DNA of 64,000 nt, from the NCBI GenBank assembly GCA_030390025.1, contig CM059431.1, forward strand, positions 121,770,001-121,834,000, given 5' to 3'. A program made the translations under genes and the position numbers. Source of the DNA: Squalus acanthias. Taxonomy: Eukaryota. Positions 9,995 through 21,760 of this stretch are shown here, in pieces; the first letter of the stretch is position 1, and each line of letters begins with the position of its first letter. A model generated the notes under the pieces. The model worked only from the letters and a program-made list of their open reading frames with translations. It made no database searches and was not told the DNA's origin.

Positions 9995-11806
9995 TCATTG
10001 GGTACTATTAGACGGTCCTGCGGCACCTACGGGGCCGGTTGCGACCGCCACCTGTCCACGCGCATTCAAGACCAGCTTGCGCATGGCTCCTAACACTGCT
10101 TCGAGGTCGTCGGGAGGGGTGGGTGCCTTGGCTTCCTTAGCCGGGACAGGCGCCTGGGCTCGGACCGCGGGATTTTTATCCTTGGAATCCTTCCAAGGGT
10201 TCCTGCAATGCTTGCGCCAGTGCCCTGTCTTCCCACACCCGTAACAAGCATTACTTGCCTGTGGGGCGCGATTACCCTCCTGATGCCACTCTCTTTGATA
10301 CGGGGCTGCGGGTCGTACCTCATGTACTCTTCCCTTAAGGGGACGTGTTGCCATACCCCTTATATTGCGATAACCTAACGTGAGTCGATTCAAGACCGAC
10401 TCTTCCGTAATGTTGGGGTCATTGGGATCAAACCATGCTTTTGCCTGTTCTCTAACGGCTGGTAAACTGTTGGCTATTATGCACCTAAGCCAATGAGTTA
10501 AAGCTAAACCTTCCACATCTTCGCGCTCGGGCGCACCTAGACAGCTGCGCTCATATACTGGCCACAGCCTGTCGGCAAAAACCTTCGGGGGTTCTCCCTC
10601 CATCTGCACTGTCTGTCCCACTCTAGCAAACGGACCTTCGTCGTTCGCCCCCAACACTTCCAGGACCTCATTCTTTAATTCCTCATAACTCTTGGTTCCC
10701 CTCTTGCTCTCGCCTGAGAGACACTGAAGGACCGAGCTGTCTAATGAGAACAGCAGCATTTTTGCTGTCTCCCCATCATCGCAGCCGTTAATGGCTGCGG
10801 CTTGCTCAACTTCTCTGAAATGTACGGAAGGGTCGTCTGCCTCGGTCAGCTTCCGTACGTGATTTATCATAGCTCTCAGCTGATGTGAACTGTGAGGCAA
10901 CACCAGCTGTCCGAGGAGATCCCCCGGTTCTTCCCCACCGTTTCTGCTTGGGCCCCTTTTAATACCCGTTACTGGATACAACGATCCCTTTTCTACTTCC
11001 TTTTCAATGGGCTCTTTTGTTTCTCCCATTGCTTCCTCCCTAACCCAGGTTTCTGAATAGCTGGGTGGCGCGGAGGGCGCAGTGGCTATTACTTCTTCTG
11101 CTTTACTTGGTGGGGATTTTCTAAATCTCTCATTTACTAGCGGCTGGTGCGCCGACGGATTGATAAGGCACACCATGCCGTTCGCATTGTTCACGGCCTT
11201 TTTGAGGTGCTCTATCTCCCTTTGGCAGGCGCTATGATCGGCTCCCTGAAACTTATCCTCAAGGGCCAACTTATATGCCGCCCTAACCCCCATTAAGCTC
11301 TCTTCTTGAGTTCTTATCTGGGCAGCTTGGCGGTTACATCTTTCCTTTAACCTGCTCTCATTCAATTTTGCCTCAGTGACCTGGCACTCGAGATAATCTA
11401 TCCTTGTTTTAAGGTGACTGGAGACTTCCTGGCTTTCTTGGTGTAACTCATTTAAATTCTTAATGAGCACCTCCCCTCCAGAAACCTTCTCCTCCATTTC
11501 TCCCTCTAAATGACTGATTCGAGCTACTAGCGCTGTAATGGTCTGGTTTGAAATCTGAACCTGCCTTTTGTAACACATAAGCCAGACTGCTTTCTCAAGT
11601 GTCTTTTTATGTTCTTTACTATCTGTCCACCTTTCAGCTGCCTCTAGTGGGCTCTTATCCGCTAACAATTCACTTATCCATTTCTTAGTTAGATTAACCT
11701 TTCCAAACACATAATCCGCTATCTTTTCCTGCATAACATTTCGTACAGTCATTCCAAAATCTAACACACTACCCTCTCGCTGCCAGTGTCCTGCCGCGGT
11801 CGCCAT
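9995..11806 (-). CDS. gag: Gag polyprotein (603 aa from the ATG at 11806)
   Basis: N-terminal coiled coil; PSAPPSY; capsid MHR-like QMEGEPPKVFADRL; zinc knuckle CYGCGKTGHWRKHC at 10205-10246; the start codon could instead be a downstream Met. Confidence 0.92.
   Translation of the reverse strand: MATAAGHWQREGSVLDFGMTVRNVMQEKIADYVFGKVNLTKKWISELLADKSPLEAAERWTDSKEHKKTLEKAVWLMCYKRQVQISNQTITALVARISHLEGEMEEKVSGGEVLIKNLNELHQESQEVSSHLKTRIDYLECQVTEAKLNESRLKERCNRQAAQIRTQEESLMGVRAAYKLALEDKFQGADHSACQREIEHLKKAVNNANGMVCLINPSAHQPLVNERFRKSPPSKAEEVIATAPSAPPSYSETWVREEAMGETKEPIEKEVEKGSLYPVTGIKRGPSRNGGEEPGDLLGQLVLPHSSHQLRAMINHVRKLTEADDPSVHFREVEQAAAINGCDDGETAKMLLFSLDSSVLQCLSGESKRGTKSYEELKNEVLEVLGANDEGPFARVGQTVQMEGEPPKVFADRLWPVYERSCLGAPEREDVEGLALTHWLRCIIANSLPAVREQAKAWFDPNDPNITEESVLNRLTLGYRNIRGMATRPLKGRVHEVRPAAPYQREWHQEGNRAPQASNACYGCGKTGHWRKHCRNPWKDSKDKNPAVRAQAPVPAKEAKAPTPPDDLEAVLGAMRKLVLNARGQVAVATGPVGAAGPSNSTQ
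11788..11805 (-). other. Primer-binding site, tRNA-Arg(UCG)
   Basis: TGGCGACCGCGGCAGGAC, 5 nt downstream of the 5' LTR, complementary to the vertebrate tRNA-Arg-TCG 3' end GTCCTGCCGCGGTCGCCA as I recall it. Confidence 0.85.
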
Positions 11807-11810
11807 TTTC

Positions 11811-13472
11811 TGTAAGGGATTCCTGACCCTGCGTGTCTCGCAGCCTGTGAGATTCACGCGGCTCTGTGCAGCCTGTATGTCAGTGCGGGTCTAGGCCTTG
11901 TTGCCTGTTCTGGTCTCCAGCCAGTCTGGGAACACTAGACACACCTGTGAGTGGTTCGAATCACTCTCCCTTACGGTTCTAGACACTGGACTTAGATGCG
12001 AGAGCAGTAATGGAGATAAAACTCATGTAGACTTGGTTTGAATGGTACGAAATGGAAAATCTTTATTGCATGATACTTAAGATTATGAAATACATGTCAT
12101 AAGCACAGATTAATGACAGTACAATCTTACAAACAGTTATATAGTCGATCTTAGGGAAACGAGGAACGAACGGCTCAAAATAAATAGGGGCACACATTAC
12201 AAATATCCTTAATCCTTAAACCCTCCCCTATCAATATCTATCCTAAACTAGATTCGTAGGATCTCGAGACTCATGCTCACCACTCGTGATAACTCGGAGA
12301 AATTCCGAATAGCTGATCGGATGTTTTTCACCGCAGCACCCACGTGTCGGTCAGGAGATCTCCTGGTCCCACTTGTTTACTTGCTTCTGCTGCTCTGGCT
12401 AGCAGGCTGGACCGTCTGCTGTGATGAAGACCTGTGTTGGTTGGTTTAACAGGTACTCTTGGAGCACAGTTGTCAATATCGTCGATGCAATATGTTTCGT
12501 TATAAGTTCGAAGAAGTCTTCCTGGCGAGGAAAACTTGGCTAATCGACCTACAGGCGCGGTCGGGATTTACTGACCGTGGCGTTGGATATGGTCTTCCTC
12601 TCTTCTCATCTCATCTCATCTCATCTCATCTCATCTCGGGCCTTTGGTTCCGCTGCCAGTTACCAACATAGGTCTTCGTTACGCGACACGAGGTAGATCC
12701 GAACGGATCAGAAAGTTCAACAGTCTTTTCAGAAGAGGCAACAGGCAAGCAGAAGCCCAACTACGAGTACACAGGAGCAGCCACGAGGTTACGAATCGAC
12801 CGGATAAAAGCACAGGAGCAAGAGAGCAAGAGCAAGAGAGCGAATGGACGGTTTGGAGCCTGCAATTATAGTGCAAAAATCTTCCGTTTCCCGCCCAACT
12901 ATAATGTCCATTCTTTTGTTTAAGGTTTGGCGCCCAAATGTCTTGTATGGGTGATCTCCGTTCTTAATGGGTTTCGGGGTTACTCGTAAATGTCTGAGTA
13001 CCTGTTAATATTTCTCCCATTGTTAAATCGGTCGGTGTTCTCCCTGGAGGGGTTTGGGGCTTCCAAGTGTCCTGTATAACTACCTGCTAACGGCTCTCTC
13101 ATCGTAGAGTCGTTGGGATTTTACATATTAATGTCTTTTGGATGGGCCCTTGATTACTCGGTACAATGGCTTTCCTTTGTACCTGGGAGACCGATTCCAG
13201 TATCTATGTTTATACTGCAAACCCATAATGTCTCGTGTATTATCTTCACTGTGCTGAATCTTAATCGATCTTGCACAAATGTTTATTGGAACGCCATCTT
13301 GTCTGCCTGTTGAAAAAGTCTAGAATGTTCTGTCACGAGGTGCGGCGGCCATTTTACAGGCTGCTTGTGTCCACTTTAAACTTGCCAGCATTCTACTGAA
13401 ATAAAAGCTGTTTGAACGAAACTTTGTGTTTTCTCCTTATTAATAAAATCGCGATATATTGCGAATTCTACA
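11811..13472 (-). repeat. 5' LTR (1662 bp)
   Basis: Direct repeat of 4093-5754, adjacent to the PBS. Confidence 0.97.
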
Positions 13473-16400
13473 GCCTCCCAGTGGCAGCAACGCTGGAGAG
13501 GAAGAGGAACAAGAAGCCAGAGCCTCACTGCTTGTGTCTCCCAAGGGCGAAAGGTCCAATAATGGGGTCACGCATTTGCTGGAGGGGGACCTAGGAAATG
13601 GGTCTGATGTGGGTGAAGCTCCGGGCCCTAGTGGGCTGCAGCAACACCACGGGAAAAGGGAAGCTTAGGGGCTATCTCCCTGGAGGGTGAGTGCACATGC
13701 GAGCTCTGCTGCACAGGACTCAGATGAGGACCTTGATGTGGAGGCGTTGACCACACAGGCGATGAGCATGCACACTGAGCTCATGGGTGCAATGGCAAGG
13801 GTGCCCGAGAGCATGGATGCACTGGCTAGGAGCGTGGAGGAGTCTGCCTCCAGCATTGCACCCATCTCTGCGCAAACCATCGATCCCATCCTTGGCAGTT
13901 TGCAAAGGATGGTTGCCTCGCAGAGAGACCGTGGGGACCCAGACCTCATGCCACGTGTCATTGGTGAGGTGGCAGCAGCTATTGCAGCACAGCCCAAAGC
14001 AACACAACAGCTTAGTGCTGTAATGGATGCAGTGGTTGGTGACATCTAATCTCAGACTGCTCTCATGCAGTCTCAGATTGATGCCATGCAAGCGCTGACT
14101 GCTGCCATCGTCGCTGGGTCGCCCTCAGTCCACCGGGGATCTCATGGTGCCGCAGCAGGCCAGCAATCTGTGCTTGAGCAGATTGCTCCGGATGCTGAGG
14201 TGCTGCCCCGAGGAAGTGGCAGTGTGTCGGTCGAGCAGGAAGGTGCTGTCCTCTCTCAGGATGACAGCATTCCTGCTCCCACCACTGCCACTCCGCCATT
14301 GCACTTGCCGCAGCCTGTAACCCAGCCATCCCGGACTGCTGCCGCCCATGCTGAGTTTGTGCAGTCTGCAGCTGGGCCTTACAGCCCTGAGGTGGCTGAG
14401 GGCGTCCTGCAAGGCCATCTGCAATCTCTGGCTCCCAGACTCAGCAGCCTTCCCCCAGCCTTGCCGCAGCCACTGGGGCCACATTACTGTGGAGCAGTAG
14501 GGTTGGGAGGGGGGGAATTGCAAAGGGGAGGGCAATCATTGAGGAAGGGCGAGTAAATAATACGTTATTAACAAATGGAGGGAATGTGTGTAAATAATTT
14601 GATGTGTTTGTAAATATATTGTTGAGTTTGGTAACAAATAGTTCCGTTTGCTAAGAAATATTTGTGTTTATTGATAAATTGTTGTGTTTGTTTATTAATT
14701 GGTTATGTTTCCTAAGAGAGAGTTGTGCATAATAATAAATATTTAATTCGACGTTGCACATTTTGTGATGTTTCTCATTTGAGCTTTGCCCGGTGATAGG
14801 GGCTGTGAGCTGGCTGTAATGATGTGGTTGTTCTACGCAAAGGCCATGTGCTGTCTCATTTATTGGAAGCGCTGTGTAATGAGGTGATCACGAATGGCCC
14901 TTGTAGAAGCAACATTGAGTGGCTCCCTCCTCTGTTGCTGCTGCTCCTCCTCCTCTTCATCCTCCTCCTCTGCCTCCTCCTCCTCCTTTCTTTCTTCCTC
15001 CTCCTGAGGTAGACCTCCTCAGTGGTAATAGCTGGGCGCTCGGAATGGCCAGGTTGTGCAGCATGCAGCACACAACAATGAAAAGGGAGACTCGATCAGG
15101 GGAGTACTGCAGGGTTCCTCCAGAGCAGTCAAGGCAGTGGAACAATTGCTTTAGCTCCCCGATAATCTGTTCGATCAGGTTTCTGGTGGTGCTATGGGTG
15201 TCATTGTACGCGTGCTGAGCAGGAGTGTTGGGGTTGTGGAAGGGTGTCATCAGCCAGGTTGCAAGTGGATAACCAATGTCTCCGAGCAGCCATCCGCAAG
15301 CTTCACATGGTGGGTTGAACAGTGTTGGGACTCCGGTCATTGACAGGGAGGATGCGCTGTCTGTGGTCGCACACCAACTGAACATTCAGAAAGTGGTAGT
15401 CTTTGTGGTTACGGAAGACCTCTGCATTGTGATGAGGTGCCCGCAATGCCACGTGGGTGCAGTCAATGGCGCCCTTAACCATGAGGAAGCCTGCTATCCT
15501 TGCAAAGCCACATGAGAATTCATCTTGTTTCTCCCTGGTAATGGGGAATGAGATGTACTCCTTTCTCCTTCTGTACAGAATGTCTATCACCTCACGGTTG
15601 CAGCAATGGATGGTGAACTGTTAAATGTTTGCAATATCCCCTGTTGAAGCCTGAAAGGAACCACTGGCGTAGAAATTGAGAGCGACAGTGACCTTCACTG
15701 CCACTGAGAGAGATGGCCTGGTCCTGAGATGAGGCTGGAACTCTCGCTGCAGGAGGTGGCAAAGCTCTGTGACCACCTCCTTGCTGAAGCGGAGCCTTCT
15801 AAAGCACTGCTCCTCTGACAGATGAATGTAGGAGAACTGCTCCCGGAATACGCTGGGAGGGTAAGGCCTCCTGTTGAGAGCCCTGTTGGCCCTCCTCCCT
15901 GTGGCCATGTTTTCCAATCTTTCTCTCTTCCCCCGCTGCCTCTGACAGTGATGCTGGAGGGTGAGGTCCAGTGCCAGTACAGCCCCCATTAAGTGTTGGA
16001 AATGTTGCACTATCAAATGTAACACAAATGAAAGTGATAAATTTTTCTCAGGATCAAAACTCCTTCAAGTAGAAAAAGCTCAGATCAGTAAAAACACCCG
16101 CCTGCTTCTGTCAAACTGACAAGGCAGCATTGTTTGCTGACAAAAAAAAAACCCTGAAGTTCACGACTTTAAATAGATTTCCTGCAACTCCCAGCCGACT
16201 GCAAACCGCCTCCTCTACCTGTTGTTCCTAATGGCAGGCGCTGAGGCAGGGGTCGACAATAAATTTCCGGTCTGGGGTGCTACCGGGGCGATGCACGGCC
16301 AGATGATGTTACGATCTCCAGCCGCAGGCAGGCATGGCGGTAGTGGTAAGCGCCACCGCAAACCGCCAGGTGAATTTTGCCGGCGGCGCCAACATCGCTG

Positions 16401-16480
16401 CGCCCGGGTGGTAAGTCGTTAGCGCCCCGTTACTGCCCCCCCGGAGGCACTAACGGGAGGTGCTAAGGTAGCCAATTATT
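13473..16480. mobile_element. Defective Harbinger: Myb-like last exon (+), transposase pseudogene (-) and right subterminal region; its left piece 4030-4092 is split off by the LTR element
   Basis: 13473-14556 is similar to the Myb exon 3 at 54427-55408; 14860-15990 carries frameshifted transposase motifs (GAIDCTHV, GDIGY, RNLIEQIIG); the GC-rich end resembles 57100-57374. Confidence 0.85.
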
Positions 16481-16499
16481 GGGGATGGGAGTGATGATT

Positions 16500-17270
16500 C
16501 ACGTGAAATGCTCTTTGATGAGCTGCTCTCTGAGAGCTCTGGCAGCTAGGGGTGCTGGTGATCCATGCTGCTCCTAATCTACATCCTCTTCATACCGCTC
16601 CTCCTTATCCACCTCCTGCTACTTTATCCTCCTGCTGCACTTCTTGCTGCTCTGGTGGAGGTAGGGGCTGGTCCCTCATGATGGAAAACTTATGCATAAT
16701 GCAGCAGACAACCATAAATCTTGTCCCACTTTGCTCTGTCCATGAGGAAAGAGATGTATGTATTCCTCCTAGCATACTCCTTGACAGCAACAGGTAGTGC
16801 TGTCCATAATTTGGACTGACATCGAGTTGTGGCTGAAACAGATTACATAGCTCAGTGCCAGCCTCGTTCATGAAGCACAGGCGCCATTACTCCTTAGTGA
16901 AGTTAAGGTAGAAGAGGTGTTCCCTGAAGACCCACTGTGGCCTTCTTTTCCATCTTCTACCAGTTGCTCCAGCTCTCTCCTTTCTTCTTGGCTGCTCCCA
17001 CCTCATCCTCCAGCCCAAAAGGCAGCCCCTCTAGACCACCCATGACTACAGTGGAACTGTTTTGCAAGCAGCCAAAAACAATGGAGCACCAACAAAAACT
17101 TCTTCTCAGAAATCATGTTACAAAAGTGAGAAAATAGTTCAAAGACACCCAGAAGTTAACCAGCAGCTTAAAATGACAAACCAGCAACTAATCTGTATAT
17201 CGTGGATGAGCCCTTTAATAGTGCTGCTGAAGAGTCCTTGTTGCCCGCTGGTGCCACATTCCTAAACTTG
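16500..17270 (-). mobile_element. Internally deleted Harbinger transposase remnant
   Basis: Fragments ELCNLFQPQL and FMVVCCIMHKFSIMR. Confidence 0.6.
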
Positions 17271-18698
17271 CTCTTGCACAAATTTGAATTTTTATGTTTG
17301 TTAACAGCTTATTAAGCAGAAATTAAAGTTGAATGTGTGAATTTGCTCACAAATGTACTTCATTTCAACAGTGCATTAATTTCTTTAATTTATGCCTGAT
17401 GATAAAATACCTGCGAAAGCTGCCAGAGTTTTAATAGAGGCAATATTATGAAATTGCATCCCTGGTGTGATGCCTTGTTTGTATCTGTAAGGCATCACAC
17501 CAGGGATGTCATGTAATTTGGCACTGCACCCTATGATTTTCCTTCCATTAGTCATTGCTGCTAGTGCTTCAAGTGAAAGAGGCTCCATGGCAGAAGTATG
17601 AGCTTGTAAAATTATCCCTATTGTCTAAAGGAGGCGTATTTTGGGAACATCGCTCCATGGATTTGGAGCAAATCTGTTTTCATTAGATATTTTGAAGATA
17701 GGAGGAGCAATAAGGGCAAAAAACTACAGCTTGGGAGAATCGCAATTAAAAGAGAGGGACATAGAGGACCTGCTCCTACCTAATGCAGGGTAGATAGCAG
17801 CAAAATGTCTCCCAGCTGGTCTTCAGCAAGGAATGATGTGTAAGGAGGCTGTGCATCGATACAGTTGCAATTTCAGACCTGTATCTGCTGCTTGAATCTG
17901 ATCTACATCCATAGAATATTATCTGGAGAGCATTATTTGTGAAAGTGAAAATGACCACCCAAACTTAATTTCTACAATACAGGCACTTCCAGACACCACC
18001 TGATCAACCAGTGTGCAGTTCACTGATAGAGTGCAAAGGTAGCAGGTGCTCTTTTAACAATATGTTGGCTTACAAGTTCAGTAGTGTAATGCAGTGAGAG
18101 CTGGAAAGGCAAACCCAGTCCTAAGGCATTCCCCTAGTACAAGACAACAGTGATTGCAGTCATTTCATCATGTCTGAATCTTCAGGCAGTGCCCTTCCTT
18201 TTATTAATAGAAATGGGTCCGGCTCCCTCAATGTTCACATAGTATGCGATCACTGGCAATAATTATACGTTAATGCTCATTTTGCAGGGAGTGGTCACAA
18301 TGGCAACATCACAGGAAAAGCAGTCCAACCGTGGCTAACAAGAGAAGTTAAAGATAGTATTAGATCAAAGGAAGAGGCTTATAATGTTGCCAAAAAGAGT
18401 AGTAAGCCTGAGGATTGGGAGGATTTTAGTATTCAGCAAAGGAGGACCAAGAAATTGATAAAGAAAGGGAAAATAGAATATGAGAGTAAACTAGCGAGAG
18501 ACATAAAAACAGACTGTAAAAGCTTCTGTAGGTATGTAAAAAGGAAAAGATTCGTGAAAGTAAATGTGGGTCCCTTATAGGCTGAGACAGGAGAAATTAT
18601 AATGGGGAATAAGGAAATGGCTGAGAAATTAAACACATACTTTTTTGTGTCTGTCTTCATGGAAGAAGATGCAAAAAACTTACCAGAAATAGTGGAGA

Positions 18699-20296
18699 AA
18701 CATAGAAACATAGATAGAAACATAGAAACATAGAAAAATAGGAGCAGGAGTAGGCCATTCGGCCCTTCGAACCTGATCTGCCATTCAATATGATCTTGGC
18801 TGATCCTCTATCTCAATACCATATTCCCGCTCTTTCCCCATACCCCTTGATGCCTTTTGTGTCTAGAAATCTATCTATCTCCTACTTAAATATATTCAGT
18901 GACTTGGCCTCCACAGCCTTCTGTGGTAGAGAATTCCACAGGTTCACCACCCTCTGAGTGAAGAAATTTCTCCTCATCTCAGTCCTAAATGTCCTACCCC
19001 GTATCCTGAGACTGTGACCCCTCGTTCTAGACTCCCCAGCCAGGGGAAACATCCTCCCTGCATCCAGTCTGTCTAGCCCTGTCAGAATTTTATACATTTC
19101 AATGAGATCACCTCTCATTCTTCTAAACTCTACTGAATACAGGCCTAGTAGACCCACTCTCTCCTCATACGACAGTCTTGCCATCCCAGGATCAGTCTGG
19201 TGAACCTTCGCTGCACTCCCTCCATGGTAAGCATATCCTTTCTTAGGTAAGGAGAACAAAACTGCACACAGTACTCCAGGTGTGGTCTTACCAAGGCCCT
19301 GTATAACTGTAGTAAGACATCCTTGCTCCTGTACTCAAATCCTCTTGCAATGAAGGCCAAAATACCATTTGCCTTCCTAACTGCTTACAACACCTGCATG
19401 TTTGCTTTCAGTGACTGGTGTACAAGGACGTCCAGGTCCCTTTGTACATCAACATTTCACAATCTATCACCATTTAAATAATACTCTGCCTTTCTGTTTT
19501 TCCGACCGAAGTGGATAACTTCATATTTATCCACGTTATACTGCATCTGCCATGTTTTTGCCCACTCACTCAACTTGTCTAAATCACCTTGAAGCCTCTT
19601 TGCATCCTCCTCACAACTCACAATCCCACCTAGTTTCGTATCGTCAGCAAACGTGGAAATAATACATTTGGTTCCCTCATCCAAATCATTGATATATATT
19701 GTGAATAGCTGGAGCCCAAGCACTGATCCCTGCGGTACCCCACTAGTCACTGCCTGCCACCCCGAAAAAGACCCATTTATTCCTACTCTCTGTTTCCTGT
19801 CTGTTAACCAATTTTCAATCCATGCCAGTGTATTACCCCCAATCCCATGTGCTTTAATTTTGCACACTAACCTCTTATGTGGGACTTTATCAAAGGCCTT
19901 CTGAAAATCCAAATACATCACAACCACTGGTTCTCCTTATCTATTCTACCAGTTACATCCTCAAAAAACTCCAGTAGGTTTGTCAAACACAATTTCCCTT
20001 TCATAAATCCATGTTGACTTTGTCTAATCCCGTTGATATTTTCTAAGTGTCCTGTTATCACATCCTTTATAATCGACTCCAGCATTTTCCCTACTACTGA
20101 TGTTAGGCTAACCGGTCTGTAGTTCCCTGTTTTCTCTGTCCCTCATTTTTTAAATAGTGGGGTTACATTTGCCACCCTCAAATCTGCAGAAACTGTTCCA
20201 TTATCTATAGAATTTTGGAAGATGACAACCAATGCATCCACTATTTCCATGGCTACCTCTTTTAGTACTCTGGGATGCAGATTATCAGGCCCTGGG
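18699..20296 (-). mobile_element. Inner CR1 LINE, 5'-truncated
   Basis: RT motifs YLDFQKAFDKV, SGVPQGSVLG, FADDTKL and RPHLEYCVQF; (TTCTATGT)n tail at 18699-18735. Confidence 0.92.
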
Positions 20297-21624
20297 GAAC
20301 CAAGGATCTAGCGAAAATGAGGAACTGAAAGAAATTAGTATTAGTAAAAACAAATACTGGGGAAATTTATGGGACTGAAAGCCAATAAATCCCCTGGACC
20401 TGATGGCCTACATCCTAGGGTTCTAGAACGGTTCCCGCGGATTGGAAGATAGCAAATGTAACCCCACTATTTAAGAAAGGAGGGAGAGAGAAAACGGGGA
20501 ACTACAGACCAGTTAGCATGACATCAGTAATAGGCAAAATGCTAGAATCTATTATTAAGGATGTGGTAACAGGGCACTTAGAAAATAAAAATAAGATTGG
20601 GCAGAGTCAACACGGATTTATGAAAGGGAACTCGTGTTTGACTAATCTGTTTTTTGAGGTTGTAACTAGCAGAATAGATAAGGGGGAATCAGTGGATGTG
20701 GTGTATTTGGATTTTCAGAAGGCATTCAATAAGATGCCACACAAGAGGTTATTAAACAAAATTAGGGCTCATGGGATTGGGGGTAATATATTAGCATGGA
20801 TTGAGATTGATTAACGGACAGAAAACAGAGAGTAGGAATAAACGGGTCATTTTCGGGTTGGCAGGCTGTAAGTAGTGGGGTACCACAAGGATCAGAGTTT
20901 GGGCCTCAGCTATTCACAATCTATATCAATGATTTGGATGAGGGGACCAAATGTAATATATCCAAGTTTGCTGATGATACAAAGCTGGGTGGGAATGTAA
21001 GTTGTGAGGAGGATGCAAAGCGGCTTCAAAGGGATATAGATAGGCTAAGTGAGTGGGCAAGAACATGGAAAATGGAATATAATGTTGAGAAATGTGAAGT
21101 TATCCACTTTGATAGGCAAAATAGAAAAGCTGAGTAGTTTTTAAATGGTGAGAGATTGGGAAATGTTGGTATTCAGAGAGACCTGGGTGTCCTTGTACAC
21201 GAATCACTGAATGTTACTATGCGGGTACAGCAAGTACTTAAGAAAGCAAATGGTATGTTGGCCTTTATTACAAGAGGATTTGAGTATAAGAGTAAAGACG
21301 TCTTACTGCAATTATATAGGGCCCTGGTGAGACCACACCTGAAGTATTGTGTACAGTTTTGGTCTCCTTACCTAAGGAAGGTTATACGTGCCATAGAGGG
21401 AGTGCAACAAAGGTTCACCAGACTGATTCCTGGGATAGGGGGGATTGTCCTATGAGGAGAGATTGAGTAGACTAGGCCTATATTCTCTAGAGTTTAGAAG
21501 AATGAGAGGTGATCTCATTGAAACATACAACATTTTTACAGGGCTTGACAGGGTAGATGCAGGGAGGATGTTTCCCCTGGCTATGGAGTGTAGAACCAGG
21601 GATCACAGTCTCAGAATAAGGGTC

Positions 21625-21760
21625 ATGATGTGGAGATGCCGACATTGGACTGGGGTGGACAAAAATGAGAAGTCGCACAACACCAGGTTATAGTCCAACA
21701 GATTTATTTAATTTTACAAGCTTTCGGAGCTGTCGCTCCTTCTTCAGGTAGGGTAGCTGT
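21625..21760 (-). mobile_element. Penelope-like element terminal fragment with a minimal hammerhead ribozyme core
   Basis: Interrupts the CR1 between LRIR and GQPFRTEM; minus strand CTGAAGA-A-GGAGC-GACA-GCTCC-GAAA-GCTT at about 21718-21747. Confidence 0.65.

Larger units (their letters stand above)
4093..13472 (-). mobile_element. Full-length pol-less endogenous retrovirus-like LTR element (LTR-PBS-gag-readthrough ORF-env-PPT-LTR), lokiretrovirus-like env
   Basis: Two 1662-bp direct repeats with TG...CA ends; GCCT TSD at 4089-4092 and 13473-13476; PBS, PPT, open gag and env; no protease, RT, RNase H or integrase motifs seen. Confidence 0.95.

Noticed and set aside
11807..11857. Gag N-terminal extension from the GTG start in the ORF track
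   Set aside because: Lies mostly inside the LTR with a non-AUG start; the ATG at 11806 has a good Kozak context.
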